A stretch of DNA of 64,000 bases from a bacterium (lineage in GTDB: Bacteria > Fidelibacterota > Marinisomatia > Marinisomatales > TCS55), in NCBI GenBank assembly GCA_004321715.1, contig SGYN01000008.1, forward strand, positions 3,940 to 67,939. Reading direction: 5' to 3'. The notes below the pieces were generated by a model. It did not search any database. It saw only the letters and a program-made list of their open reading frames with translations, and was not told where the DNA came from. Positions 37,650-46,707 of the stretch are shown here, in pieces. A program made the translations under genes and the position numbers. Position 1 is the first letter of the stretch, and the number at the start of each line of letters is the position of its first letter.

Positions 37650-38761
37650 TGAAATTTCATAAGACTGCTGAGACGCTAACAAAAGGTGCCAAAACTCTGC
37701 CACAAAAATTTTATACACAATCTGAAATTCTAAATCAAGAATATAAAAAGATATTTCATAATAATTGGATTTGTATTGGTAGAGATTCTGATTTAATAAA
37801 TAAGGGTCAGTATATTACTATTCAGCTTGGTAGTGAAAGTGTGATTGTATTAAAGTCTGAAAAAGATAAAATAAAGGCATTTTTTAATGTTTGTCGTCAT
37901 AGAGGAACTAGAATATGCAATCAAAGTAAAGGGAGTTTTTCTAAGACAATTCAGTGTCCTTACCATGGATGGACTTATGATTTAAATGGAAAGTTAGTTG
38001 GTTCTCCTCATATGGATACAGTTAATGATTTTAATAAAATCAATTACCCATTATTTCCTATTGAAACAAAAGAATGGAAAGGATTTCTATTTATTAATCT
38101 TAGCGAAACCCCTGAAAATTTTAATGAGATATTTAAACCAATAGATAACCTATTGGATTCTTGGGAGCTACATAAGCTTCGCATTGTAGAGCAAAAGAGA
38201 TATACTGTTAATTGTAATTGGAAATTAATTATTCAAAATTATTGTGAGTGTTATCATTGCCCAATGATACACCCCCAACTCGCAGAAATTCATAATTATT
38301 TAGGAGGGGAAAATAATTTATATTCAGGTCCCTTCCTTGGTGGATACATGAATTTCAACTCCGATAAAGAAAGTATAACTCCTAGCGGAAAATATTGTTG
38401 TCCTCCTATTAAAAGTGTTAAAGGACAAGATTTACATCGAGTATATTATTACTCATTATTCCCAAATATGTTATTGAGCCTTCATCCAGAATATGTTATG
38501 TATCATACAGTTTGGCCAAGAGGTACTGATAAATGTACAGTGAACTGTTCTTGGTTATTTTTAGATCAAAGTACTAAAAGTCATAAAAAGTCTATATATG
38601 AATCCATAGACTTTTGGGATAAAACCAATAAGCAAGATTGGAATATATGCGAATATTCTCAATTAGGAATTAATTCCAAAAAATATTCTCCAGCCCCTTA
38701 CTCTGGACAAGAAAGTCTGTTAGCTGCATATGATGAATATTATCTAGATCAAATGGATTAA
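37649..38761 (+). CDS. Rieske [2Fe-2S] non-haem-iron oxygenase alpha subunit (choline-monooxygenase/GbcA/Stc2-like class)
   Basis: Rieske motif CRHRGTRICN...CPYHGWTY. Mononuclear-iron region NWKLIIQNYCECYHCPMIHPQL. TAATG overlap with the upstream gene. Confidence 0.85.
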   Translation: MKFHKTAETLTKGAKTLPQKFYTQSEILNQEYKKIFHNNWICIGRDSDLINKGQYITIQLGSESVIVLKSEKDKIKAFFNVCRHRGTRICNQSKGSFSKTIQCPYHGWTYDLNGKLVGSPHMDTVNDFNKINYPLFPIETKEWKGFLFINLSETPENFNEIFKPIDNLLDSWELHKLRIVEQKRYTVNCNWKLIIQNYCECYHCPMIHPQLAEIHNYLGGENNLYSGPFLGGYMNFNSDKESITPSGKYCCPPIKSVKGQDLHRVYYYSLFPNMLLSLHPEYVMYHTVWPRGTDKCTVNCSWLFLDQSTKSHKKSIYESIDFWDKTNKQDWNICEYSQLGINSKKYSPAPYSGQESLLAAYDEYYLDQMD

Positions 38762-38837
38762 TGTTCTTATTGGGAGGTATTTTTTTTACTCTTAAATTTT
38801 TATTAACAATATAACTGGAGCAACAAATATTAGACCA

Positions 38838-41771
38838 ATGAACGCCACCAAACGGTCAATATCATCATACTTCTTCTATATAATTCCTTTATATTTTGTT
38901 ATAACAGCAACTGCACAACAAGATACTATTCCAATAATTACTTCTCCAGATAGCACATCAAATAACCAGAAGCTGATTTTATTTAATGAAATCGATAGCA
39001 TAGATTTAATTGTTTCAAAAGAAATTAAGAAGAATCAAGCCCCTATAATTGTTGATACCATACCTATGATCTTAATGAATGAAGATGAGGTAATGATTAT
39101 TGAATTATCTTCATTTTATTCCTTTATATCAGATCCAGATGACTCCATAAGTAATCTTCAGTGGAATTTTTTATCTGGGACTAATACTTCATTAAATCTC
39201 GTTAATAATCAATTAATAATTAATTCTCAAAATAATTGGTACGGTTTCGATACAATCAGCGTCATTATATCTGATTCATCTTTATCTGATAGTTCAATAA
39301 TTCCCATATATATTAAAGCTCAAAATGATTCACCAGAGTTTTTATCTAGGTTAGATACAATCAATATAAATGAGGATAATAAAATTTTTATTGGTTTAAA
39401 TACATTAGAATCAATTATCTATGATATAGATAATAAAGTACATGAATTGTCATGGGATGTAATAAAAAAACACCCATTTCAAATAAATATAGCTGACAAA
39501 CAGATCATAATTGAAGTTGCAAAAGATTGGTTTGGTCATGAAACAATTCAAATAATTGCTTCTGATAATAGTACATCAGATACGCTTGATGTTAATGTAT
39601 ATATATCTCCAATTAATGATCCACCATCTTTCATAGACATACTCCCTTTAACTACTATCAATGAAGATGAAATTCTACAAATTGCATTTATAGATTGGAT
39701 AGAATATGTTTCAGATGTTGATAACTCAGATCAATCTTTAACCTGGAACGCTAGAGAAGCTTCTAATATTGGATTAAACCTCTATGAAAATTCAATGATC
39801 CTAAAAGGCAATCCCAATTGGTATGGGGTTGATACAATCATAATTGAAATTTCTGATGGAGAATACACAGATTCTACTGAATGGATAATTAATATAAATG
39901 CAATTAATGATCCACCCAAATTTAATAAAAATATTTATACATATAATATGAATGAAGATGAAGTTTTATCAATCAATAAAAGTAAACTGATTTTAGAAGT
40001 AAATGATCCAGATAATAATTCTAATCAATTAGAACTAGATATTAATAAATCTAATAAAATAATTATTGATGAAAATGAATATAGTTTTATTATTCATGGT
40101 AAAGAGAATTGGTTTGGTTCTGATAGTCTTTATCTGTTGGTAAGTGATGGTGAAAAATTTGCTAATACACTTTTACTAATTCACATCATTCCTATAAATG
40201 ACGCTCCAAAATTTACTGGGTATATCCCAGATACTTCGCTGTATGAGGATGCTTCTATATCTTTCCCTATTCATGAGTGGAATCGCTATGCTTTTGATCC
40301 AGATAATAATATAAAATCTTTAAAATGGAGTATTATCAAACCAAAACATTTAGAACTGACAATTAAAAATGAAATTATAAATATTAATCCAATAACTAAT
40401 TGGTATGGGAATGAAACATTAAATATTATTGTTTCAGATTCAGAATTGAGTGATACTGCAAAGATGATTATTAGTGTTCTCCCTGTAAATGATTTTCCAA
40501 CTATTAGTTTTATTCCTCCCATTATTATAAATGAAGATGAAAGAATAAACCTAAAATTAGATGAATATGTTGATGATCAGGATGATAATGATAGTCTGCT
40601 AACTTGGTCTATAATAAAAAACTTTGAAAAAAATAGTTATAATTCATTTGGTAGCAACCTATATAGAAGTTCACGACGATATTTATCCACATTCTTTAAT
40701 AGTGAGTATATTTCACCCAAAGAACATGATATATCAAATATATATGACATTGATTGGGTGAAAATCAATTCCAAGTATCAACAAGTGGATATTCACCCTC
40801 CTGCCAATTATTTTGGTAAAGATATTCCTATTTTGTTACAGGTTGAGGATCCTAAGAATGCCAAAGATATTAAATTGCTTTCAATAACTATTAAACCAGT
40901 AAATGATGCCCCATTCTTAAGCAATATACCAATGATCTTGATGAATGAAGATGAGGTTTTTCAAGACTCAATAAGTTTCTTACAAAAATATGTTGTTGAT
41001 ATTGATAACCAATTTCACGAACTCCAATGGAAAATAATCAGTACTAATAAATGGATAAATTATGAATTAAATAATAATGAAGTTATAATTTCTCCTGTAG
41101 AAAATTGGTATGGAAAAGATACAATCATTGTCTCTGTATTTGATGGAGAGTTTTTTGATTCATCAAAGGTAATAATTAATATAGAATCTGAAAATGATCC
41201 CCCGGAACCTTTTGAATTAATAGACAATGTTATTGAGGATTCAACAAGGTTCACTTTTCAATGGTATCCTACTATTGATGTAGATAATGATACAATCGAA
41301 TATCATTTTTATTTAAAAGGAAGCAATATTGATACAGTTATTTATAACATCATTGATAAATATAGCATCACATTCCTTACAAAAAATAAATTAAATACAG
41401 GAACTCCTTATGAATGGTATGTATCGGCGACAGATAGGATTGATACAGTCTTATGTGAAGAGAAACTAATATTCTATGTAAAAACTATACCTCAATCATT
41501 TGCTCTTCATCAAAACTATCCTAATCCATTTAATAGAAACACAAGAATTCCAATTGATATGTTACATGGAGATGCGCTACGCATTGTTATTTATGACATG
41601 CATGGAAAACAAATCAAAACTTTATCCGATGAATTTAAATCTGCAGGAAAATATGAAATTCAATGGGATGGAACAGACCGTTTTGGCAAAGCAGTATCTA
41701 CAGGTGTTTATTTAGCAATCATGCAAACAAGAAACTTTTCCCAGGCAAGAAAGCTTATGTTCATCAAATAA
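38838..41771 (+). CDS. T9SS-secreted adhesin-like protein with seven cadherin-like ~97-aa repeats, an Fn3-like domain and a C-terminal sorting domain
   Basis: Repeat boundary motifs (I/V)ND(P/A)P.F followed by NEDE. CTD QNYPNPFNRNTRI...GVYLAIMQ...KLMFIK (41511-41768). Confidence 0.75.
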   Translation: MNATKRSISSYFFYIIPLYFVITATAQQDTIPIITSPDSTSNNQKLILFNEIDSIDLIVSKEIKKNQAPIIVDTIPMILMNEDEVMIIELSSFYSFISDPDDSISNLQWNFLSGTNTSLNLVNNQLIINSQNNWYGFDTISVIISDSSLSDSSIIPIYIKAQNDSPEFLSRLDTININEDNKIFIGLNTLESIIYDIDNKVHELSWDVIKKHPFQINIADKQIIIEVAKDWFGHETIQIIASDNSTSDTLDVNVYISPINDPPSFIDILPLTTINEDEILQIAFIDWIEYVSDVDNSDQSLTWNAREASNIGLNLYENSMILKGNPNWYGVDTIIIEISDGEYTDSTEWIININAINDPPKFNKNIYTYNMNEDEVLSINKSKLILEVNDPDNNSNQLELDINKSNKIIIDENEYSFIIHGKENWFGSDSLYLLVSDGEKFANTLLLIHIIPINDAPKFTGYIPDTSLYEDASISFPIHEWNRYAFDPDNNIKSLKWSIIKPKHLELTIKNEIININPITNWYGNETLNIIVSDSELSDTAKMIISVLPVNDFPTISFIPPIIINEDERINLKLDEYVDDQDDNDSLLTWSIIKNFEKNSYNSFGSNLYRSSRRYLSTFFNSEYISPKEHDISNIYDIDWVKINSKYQQVDIHPPANYFGKDIPILLQVEDPKNAKDIKLLSITIKPVNDAPFLSNIPMILMNEDEVFQDSISFLQKYVVDIDNQFHELQWKIISTNKWINYELNNNEVIISPVENWYGKDTIIVSVFDGEFFDSSKVIINIESENDPPEPFELIDNVIEDSTRFTFQWYPTIDVDNDTIEYHFYLKGSNIDTVIYNIIDKYSITFLTKNKLNTGTPYEWYVSATDRIDTVLCEEKLIFYVKTIPQSFALHQNYPNPFNRNTRIPIDMLHGDALRIVIYDMHGKQIKTLSDEFKSAGKYEIQWDGTDRFGKAVSTGVYLAIMQTRNFSQARKLMFIK
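39033..41210 (+). repeat. in-frame tandem protein repeat, 291-nt (97-codon) period
   Basis: The N of the N(D/Q)xP motif falls at codons 66, 163, 260, 357, 454, 551, 689 and 786. Spacing is exactly 97 codons six times and 138 once. The first and seventh units share near-identical DNA: ATGATCTTAATGAATGAAGATGAGGT (39066) versus ATGATCTTGATGAATGAAGATGAGGT (40932). Confidence 0.75.
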
Positions 41772-41839
41772 TAAAGGGCTCTATTAATTATCAGTTTCTA
41801 TTTGTAGATTTTAACAGCATTTAACTTAGGAAGGGTAAA

Positions 41840-42352
41840 ATGAAAATCGATCTTATGAAAAATGATACCTATTCGGAATCGCAACTTACTGGTCTCGTTA
41901 TATTACGTATATTAATTGGATGGCATTTCCTTTATGAAGGTATATCTAAAATAATTAACCCCTATTGGAGTTCTGCTGCATATTTACTGGATTCTAAATG
42001 GGTTTTGTCATCATTAGCCAAATCAATTGTTGCAAACTCAACTATTTTAGGCTTTACTGATTTTATAAATATGTGGGGGCTAACACTAGTTGGTTTATCA
42101 TTATTATTAGGAATATTTAGCAGGTATGGAGCTCTTTTTGGTATGGGGTTTGTATTACTGTACTATTTGTTTGCTCCTCCATTTATCGGATTAGAATATA
42201 GTAGACCTGGTGAGGGTAGTTACATGTTAGTAAATAAAAATCTTATAGAAGCTTTTGCATTATATGTATTATATCTCTTCCCAAGCAGTCAATTTATAGG
42301 CCTGGATCGATTAATACTTTCATCAGAATTAAATTCATTAGGAGATAAATAA
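41840..42352 (+). CDS. DoxX-family membrane protein
   Basis: Four TM helices. RILIGWHFLYEGISK opening is typical of DoxX. The gene abuts the Gfo/Idh/MocA gene with a 1-nt overlap. Confidence 0.7.
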   Translation: MKIDLMKNDTYSESQLTGLVILRILIGWHFLYEGISKIINPYWSSAAYLLDSKWVLSSLAKSIVANSTILGFTDFINMWGLTLVGLSLLLGIFSRYGALFGMGFVLLYYLFAPPFIGLEYSRPGEGSYMLVNKNLIEAFALYVLYLFPSSQFIGLDRLILSSELNSLGDK

Positions 42353-43947
42353 TGAATCAAGAAAATAAAGGATCAAATGCTGACTTATTGAATCGAAGAG
42401 AGATTTTAAAGGGATTAGCCACAATACCTGTATTAGGTCTTTTCTTTATCAAGTTATGGCAAAAATTGCGGTTAGATAAACTAAAGAAATCAAACCTTCT
42501 TCAAGATCTCATTAGTGATAATAAAGCACCATCGATAATAAAAGAGATTGGTAACAGTGATCATTTACGAGTTGGTGTGGTTGGCTATGGTGGCCGTGGT
42601 GGTCATCTTACAAGAGGACTTGGTTTTGCAACTCCAGGATGGACATCTAGTGCTTCAGAAAGAGCAAAAAAGAATAAACTAGATAAAGCATTTGAAACAT
42701 TTATGTCTCAAACAGATTTGAATTGTTCCCTTGTTGGTGTGTGTGATTTATTTGATGTAAGGGCTGAATTAGGGATAGAAGCTTCCAAGAATGAGGTTCG
42801 TTCTGGTGGAAAAGCAAAAGAGACAGCCGTGCGATATAAACATTATACTGACTTAGTAACAAGTAAAGATATTGATGCTGTTATTATTGCGACACCGGAT
42901 CATTGGCATTCTCGAGTTGCAATTGCTGCCGCAAAAGCAGGTAAGCACGTATATTGTGAAAAAGGACTAACAAGAACATTTGATGAAACAATTGAATTAT
43001 ATGATACGGTGAAAGAAACTGGGATTACGTTCCAACTTGGGCACCAAAATAGACAAGTAGAAGCATATGAGCAGGCTAAGAAAATCATAAATCAAGGTTT
43101 ACTTGGTCCTGTTAATCTTGTTCAACTAACAACAAATAGAAATTCTCCTGGTGGCGCTTGGGTATGGGGAATTGATCCAAAAGGAAATTCAAAAACAATT
43201 GATTGGGAAACTTTTCAAGAGCCTTCACCAAATAAAATTCCATTTGGTGAAGAAGCCTTGAGAAGATTCTTTCGATGGAGATGCTGGTATGACTATGGCA
43301 CAGGACTATCTGGAGATCTATTTTCTCATGATTTTGATCAGATTAACCAAATAATGGGGCTTGGAATTCCTAAGTATGCATCATCATCTGGAGGTATTTA
43401 TTATTATAAAGATGGTAGAGATGTACCTGATGTATGGAATGCAACATTAGAATACCCTGATAAGGATTTAACTGTATTATATAGCGCAACTTTATCAAGT
43501 TTAAACAGCCGTGGAAATAGAATTATGGGTCATGATGCAACAATGCAAATTGGTGGAGAGTCTAATAGTGGAGCACTTGGAGGGTTTATAGTTAAAGCTG
43601 ATCCTTATTCTACAAGATATAAAGATCGCATTGAAAAAGGTGTCATAAATTCTAAATATCCTATTTATTCTTATGCGCCAGGTTCAAAACAAATTGATGG
43701 GATCACCTCAGCAACATCCCAATATTTTGCTAATAAGGGACTATTATATACATATCGAGATGGGAAGCGAGTAGATTCAACACATCTACACGTAAAAGAT
43801 TGGCTTGACTCTATCCGAAGTAAAACATTGCCTACTTGTAATATTGAAGAAGCCTTGCATGAAGGTGTAACGTGTCACATGGCAACAGAATCATATCTGC
43901 AAGGACGCAGAATAGAATGGGATCCAGTTAATCGTATTTTAATATAA
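42352..43947 (+). CDS. Gfo/Idh/MocA-family NAD(P)-dependent oxidoreductase with Tat signal
   Basis: Twin-arginine NRREILKGLATIPVLG. Rossmann LRVGVVGYGGRG. DAVIIATPDHWH and YCEKGL motifs. Confidence 0.85.
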   Translation: MNQENKGSNADLLNRREILKGLATIPVLGLFFIKLWQKLRLDKLKKSNLLQDLISDNKAPSIIKEIGNSDHLRVGVVGYGGRGGHLTRGLGFATPGWTSSASERAKKNKLDKAFETFMSQTDLNCSLVGVCDLFDVRAELGIEASKNEVRSGGKAKETAVRYKHYTDLVTSKDIDAVIIATPDHWHSRVAIAAAKAGKHVYCEKGLTRTFDETIELYDTVKETGITFQLGHQNRQVEAYEQAKKIINQGLLGPVNLVQLTTNRNSPGGAWVWGIDPKGNSKTIDWETFQEPSPNKIPFGEEALRRFFRWRCWYDYGTGLSGDLFSHDFDQINQIMGLGIPKYASSSGGIYYYKDGRDVPDVWNATLEYPDKDLTVLYSATLSSLNSRGNRIMGHDATMQIGGESNSGALGGFIVKADPYSTRYKDRIEKGVINSKYPIYSYAPGSKQIDGITSATSQYFANKGLLYTYRDGKRVDSTHLHVKDWLDSIRSKTLPTCNIEEALHEGVTCHMATESYLQGRRIEWDPVNRILI

Positions 43948-43983
43948 TTTATTTGCTAACGTAATAAAGGATGATTCTATTTC

Positions 43984-44454
43984 ATGATTGCACTTAGCTG
44001 GGAAATTGCTATTACTCAGAGCAATAAATGGAAAGATACAGGGAATAAAATTGTTTTTACTAATGGTTGTTATGATTTAGTACACCGTGGCCATATAGAT
44101 CTACTTACTAAAGCAAAAAGTAAAGGAGATAAGTTAATTGTTGGCCTAAATAGCGATCGATCAGTAAAACAGTTAAAGGGAAATGATCGTCCTATTCAGA
44201 ATTTTGAAGATAGATTAATTATTATAAATGCAATTAATTGTGTAGATATGGTAGTAGGGTTTGATGAAGATACCCCAGATAAAATAATTAAAAGGTTACT
44301 TCCAGATGTTTTGGTCAAAGGTGGCGACTATTCAATGAATAGTATTGTGGGAGCAAATACAGTAATATCACATGGTGGTAGCGTTGAAATTATTGATTTG
44401 ATACCTGGTAAAAGTACCTCTTCATTAATTGATCATATCTTTAAACTGAAATAA
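43984..44454 (+). CDS. rfaE2: D-glycero-beta-D-manno-heptose 1-phosphate adenylyltransferase (RfaE domain II, stand-alone cytidylyltransferase fold)
   Basis: IVFTNGCYDLVHRGHIDLL nucleotidyltransferase (H.GH) motif. VKGGDY. 156 aa. Confidence 0.75.
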   Translation: MIALSWEIAITQSNKWKDTGNKIVFTNGCYDLVHRGHIDLLTKAKSKGDKLIVGLNSDRSVKQLKGNDRPIQNFEDRLIIINAINCVDMVVGFDEDTPDKIIKRLLPDVLVKGGDYSMNSIVGANTVISHGGSVEIIDLIPGKSTSSLIDHIFKLK

Positions 44455-44456
44455 AG

Positions 44457-45626
44457 ATGAGGAAGATATTCTTATTGTCATTTTTCATTGCTGTAATTAA
44501 TGGTAAACCTCTGTTTAAAGAATATTCTATCTTTCCTATTCAAAATAAACATGTACATGGAAGTAGTATTATTGAACTACCAAATGGAGATCTTCTATCC
44601 TGCTGGTTCCATGGTTCTGGCGAAAGAAAAGCTAATGATGTACAAATTAAAGGAAGCCGATTAAAAAAAGGTAGTAATGAATGGGGTGATGTCTTTGATA
44701 TGGCAGATACTCCAAGCTTACCAGATTGCAATCCTGTTCTCTGGATTGATAAAAATGATAAATTATGGTTGTTCTGGATAGCCGTACGCGCAAATCAATG
44801 GGAAAATTCAATGTTGCGATATAGAACCTCTATAAATTATTTGAATAAAGAAATACCTACTTGGAATTGGCAAGATAATATCATTCTCCAACCAGGAGAA
44901 AAATTTAGGGAGACTATCGAACTTGCTTTTGAACAATATGTAGATGAACCAATGTGGGCTGAATATGCTCTACCATATTCAAAATTAATTATTGAAGCAT
45001 CCAAAGATCCTGAAAAGAGACAAAAAGGATGGATGACACGTATACATCCAATTTCATTAAAATCTGGTAGGGTGCTGTTGCCTCTTTATTCTGATGGATA
45101 CAATATATCTATTGTGGCAATAAGCGATGATAATGGAAAACATTGGAAAGCAAGTAATCCAATAGTAGGACTAGGACCCATCCAACCAAGTTTAGTTCAA
45201 AAGCAAAATGGTCATATTGTAGCATATATGAGAGATTCTGGTGATGATCCAAAGAGGATTTTAAAAAGTGTTTCCAAGGATAATGGTGAAACTTGGTCAT
45301 TTGCTATTGATACAAAAATACCAAACCCTAGCTCAAGTATTGAAGTATTACAATTAAAGAATGGCAACTGGATAATGGCATGTAATGATACGGAATCTAG
45401 TAGGAGTCAAATGGCTATTTTATTATCATTTAATGAGGGGAAGTCTTGGGAGGTAAAGAAATATATTGGAAAGTATGAATATAATAGTGGTATCACATTA
45501 GCATATCCTTCATTAATTCAATCATCAGATAGATTAATACATCTAACATATTCTTTAAAAGATAAAAAAGGTAAAACAATCCAACATGCTGTTTTTAATG
45601 AAGATTGGATAAAGAATAATAAGTAA
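44457..45626 (+). CDS. secreted BNR/Asp-box beta-propeller protein (exo-alpha-sialidase-like family)
   Basis: Signal peptide. HGSSIIELPNGDLLSCWFHGSGE. Asp-box repeats SDDNGKHW, SKDNGETW, SFNEGKSW. Confidence 0.7.
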   Translation: MRKIFLLSFFIAVINGKPLFKEYSIFPIQNKHVHGSSIIELPNGDLLSCWFHGSGERKANDVQIKGSRLKKGSNEWGDVFDMADTPSLPDCNPVLWIDKNDKLWLFWIAVRANQWENSMLRYRTSINYLNKEIPTWNWQDNIILQPGEKFRETIELAFEQYVDEPMWAEYALPYSKLIIEASKDPEKRQKGWMTRIHPISLKSGRVLLPLYSDGYNISIVAISDDNGKHWKASNPIVGLGPIQPSLVQKQNGHIVAYMRDSGDDPKRILKSVSKDNGETWSFAIDTKIPNPSSSIEVLQLKNGNWIMACNDTESSRSQMAILLSFNEGKSWEVKKYIGKYEYNSGITLAYPSLIQSSDRLIHLTYSLKDKKGKTIQHAVFNEDWIKNNK

Positions 45627-45655
45627 AAAAAACCCTTTATTTGTTAGATAAAGGG
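45625..45655 (-). terminator. intrinsic terminator of the minus-strand T9SS gene string
   Basis: CCCTTTAT-TTGTTAG-ATAAAGGG hairpin. On the minus strand it is followed by TTTTTTTT (plus-strand A-tract 45625-45632). It lies 31 nt after the stop at 45687. Confidence 0.7.
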
Positions 45656-45686
45656 ATTCTAAAAATAAATAAATCTTGTATAATAA

Positions 45687-46640
45687 CTATCTAAGCAAAA
45701 GCATTTTCTTTCTTGCTACATAATCACCAGATCGTAATTCATAAAAATAAACACCGGATGCAACTGACTGCCCATTATAGTCAAGACCATTCCATTCTAT
45801 ACTGTGATGCCCTGGATTCAATGTGGAATTCATAAGTGTATTAATTTTCTTACCAAGAAGATTATAAACAATTAAAGTTGATTTTGCCCCATCAATCAAA
45901 TCAAAAGAGATTTTTGTTGAGGGATTAAATGGATTGGGGTAATTCTGAGATAAATTATATTGCAGAGGAATTCCATTTTCTGCCATAACACCAAGATTTG
46001 TTGTATTAAAAGAGACCATATTTGAAGTATCTGGAAAACTACAGGCAACGTTCAATATTTCTGGATCCATTGAAGTACCAGGAAGATCTAAAGAACCAAG
46101 ACCAAAAGATATAGTAGCCGGAAGAGAAGCAAGTCCATTAATAGCCTTATATGTAAGATGAAATAATGCTCCTTCCATTCCATCTCCAGCAGTATTAGCA
46201 CGTGAAGTACTATAAGCCATCACTCTAACATAACCATCCATCTCATTAGCCAATAGAGTCATGGATTCTATTACCGTTGAGGTTGTTGGATCATCTAAAC
46301 CTTCAAGCTTATCTCCTTTAACTACATTTCCACCTTGATCATAACTTAAAGCAGGTCCAGCATCATGATATATATCAATTTGAGCACCTCGAACAGGTTC
46401 ATTATCAAGAATTAATAAACTTAGAGTAAGCGTAGAGTCTTCTTCAATACCTGATAATTCTGCAGTAAAACCAACGCATCCGCACAATCCTGTTGCAATT
46501 AATTGATTAAATGTTGGATTCGGGGAACCATTTGGTAATAAAGTTCTAAGATCTGTATGATAAGAAGAATCAGATGGACAATCCAATGCATACAGATTTA
46601 CAGTTAAAAGTGTAATTATTGATAAAAGATATCTTTTCAT
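45687..46640 (-). CDS. T9SS-secreted protein, cohesin-like middle domain (function unknown)
   Basis: I prefer the start at ATG 46640 (MKRYLLSIITLLTVNLYA signal peptide); the ORF track extends to 46682. CTD QNYPNPFNPSTKISFDL...SGVYFYEL...KKMLLLR (45690-45947). Confidence 0.7.
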   Translation of the reverse strand: MKRYLLSIITLLTVNLYALDCPSDSSYHTDLRTLLPNGSPNPTFNQLIATGLCGCVGFTAELSGIEEDSTLTLSLLILDNEPVRGAQIDIYHDAGPALSYDQGGNVVKGDKLEGLDDPTTSTVIESMTLLANEMDGYVRVMAYSTSRANTAGDGMEGALFHLTYKAINGLASLPATISFGLGSLDLPGTSMDPEILNVACSFPDTSNMVSFNTTNLGVMAENGIPLQYNLSQNYPNPFNPSTKISFDLIDGAKSTLIVYNLLGKKINTLMNSTLNPGHHSIEWNGLDYNGQSVASGVYFYELRSGDYVARKKMLLLR

Positions 46641-46707
46641 ATTTTTTTCTATTTTCATATTGTTTGAATCTAAGCTATTCATGATTTAATCAAAAACCAA
46701 CAATTGT

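Noticed and set aside
46641-46682. 14-codon extension of the 331-aa T9SS protein ORF
   Set aside because: The Met at 46640 starts a normal signal peptide (MKRYLLSIITLLTVNLYA). The extension (MNSLDSNNMKIEKN) is polar and would bury the signal. The choice remains uncertain.
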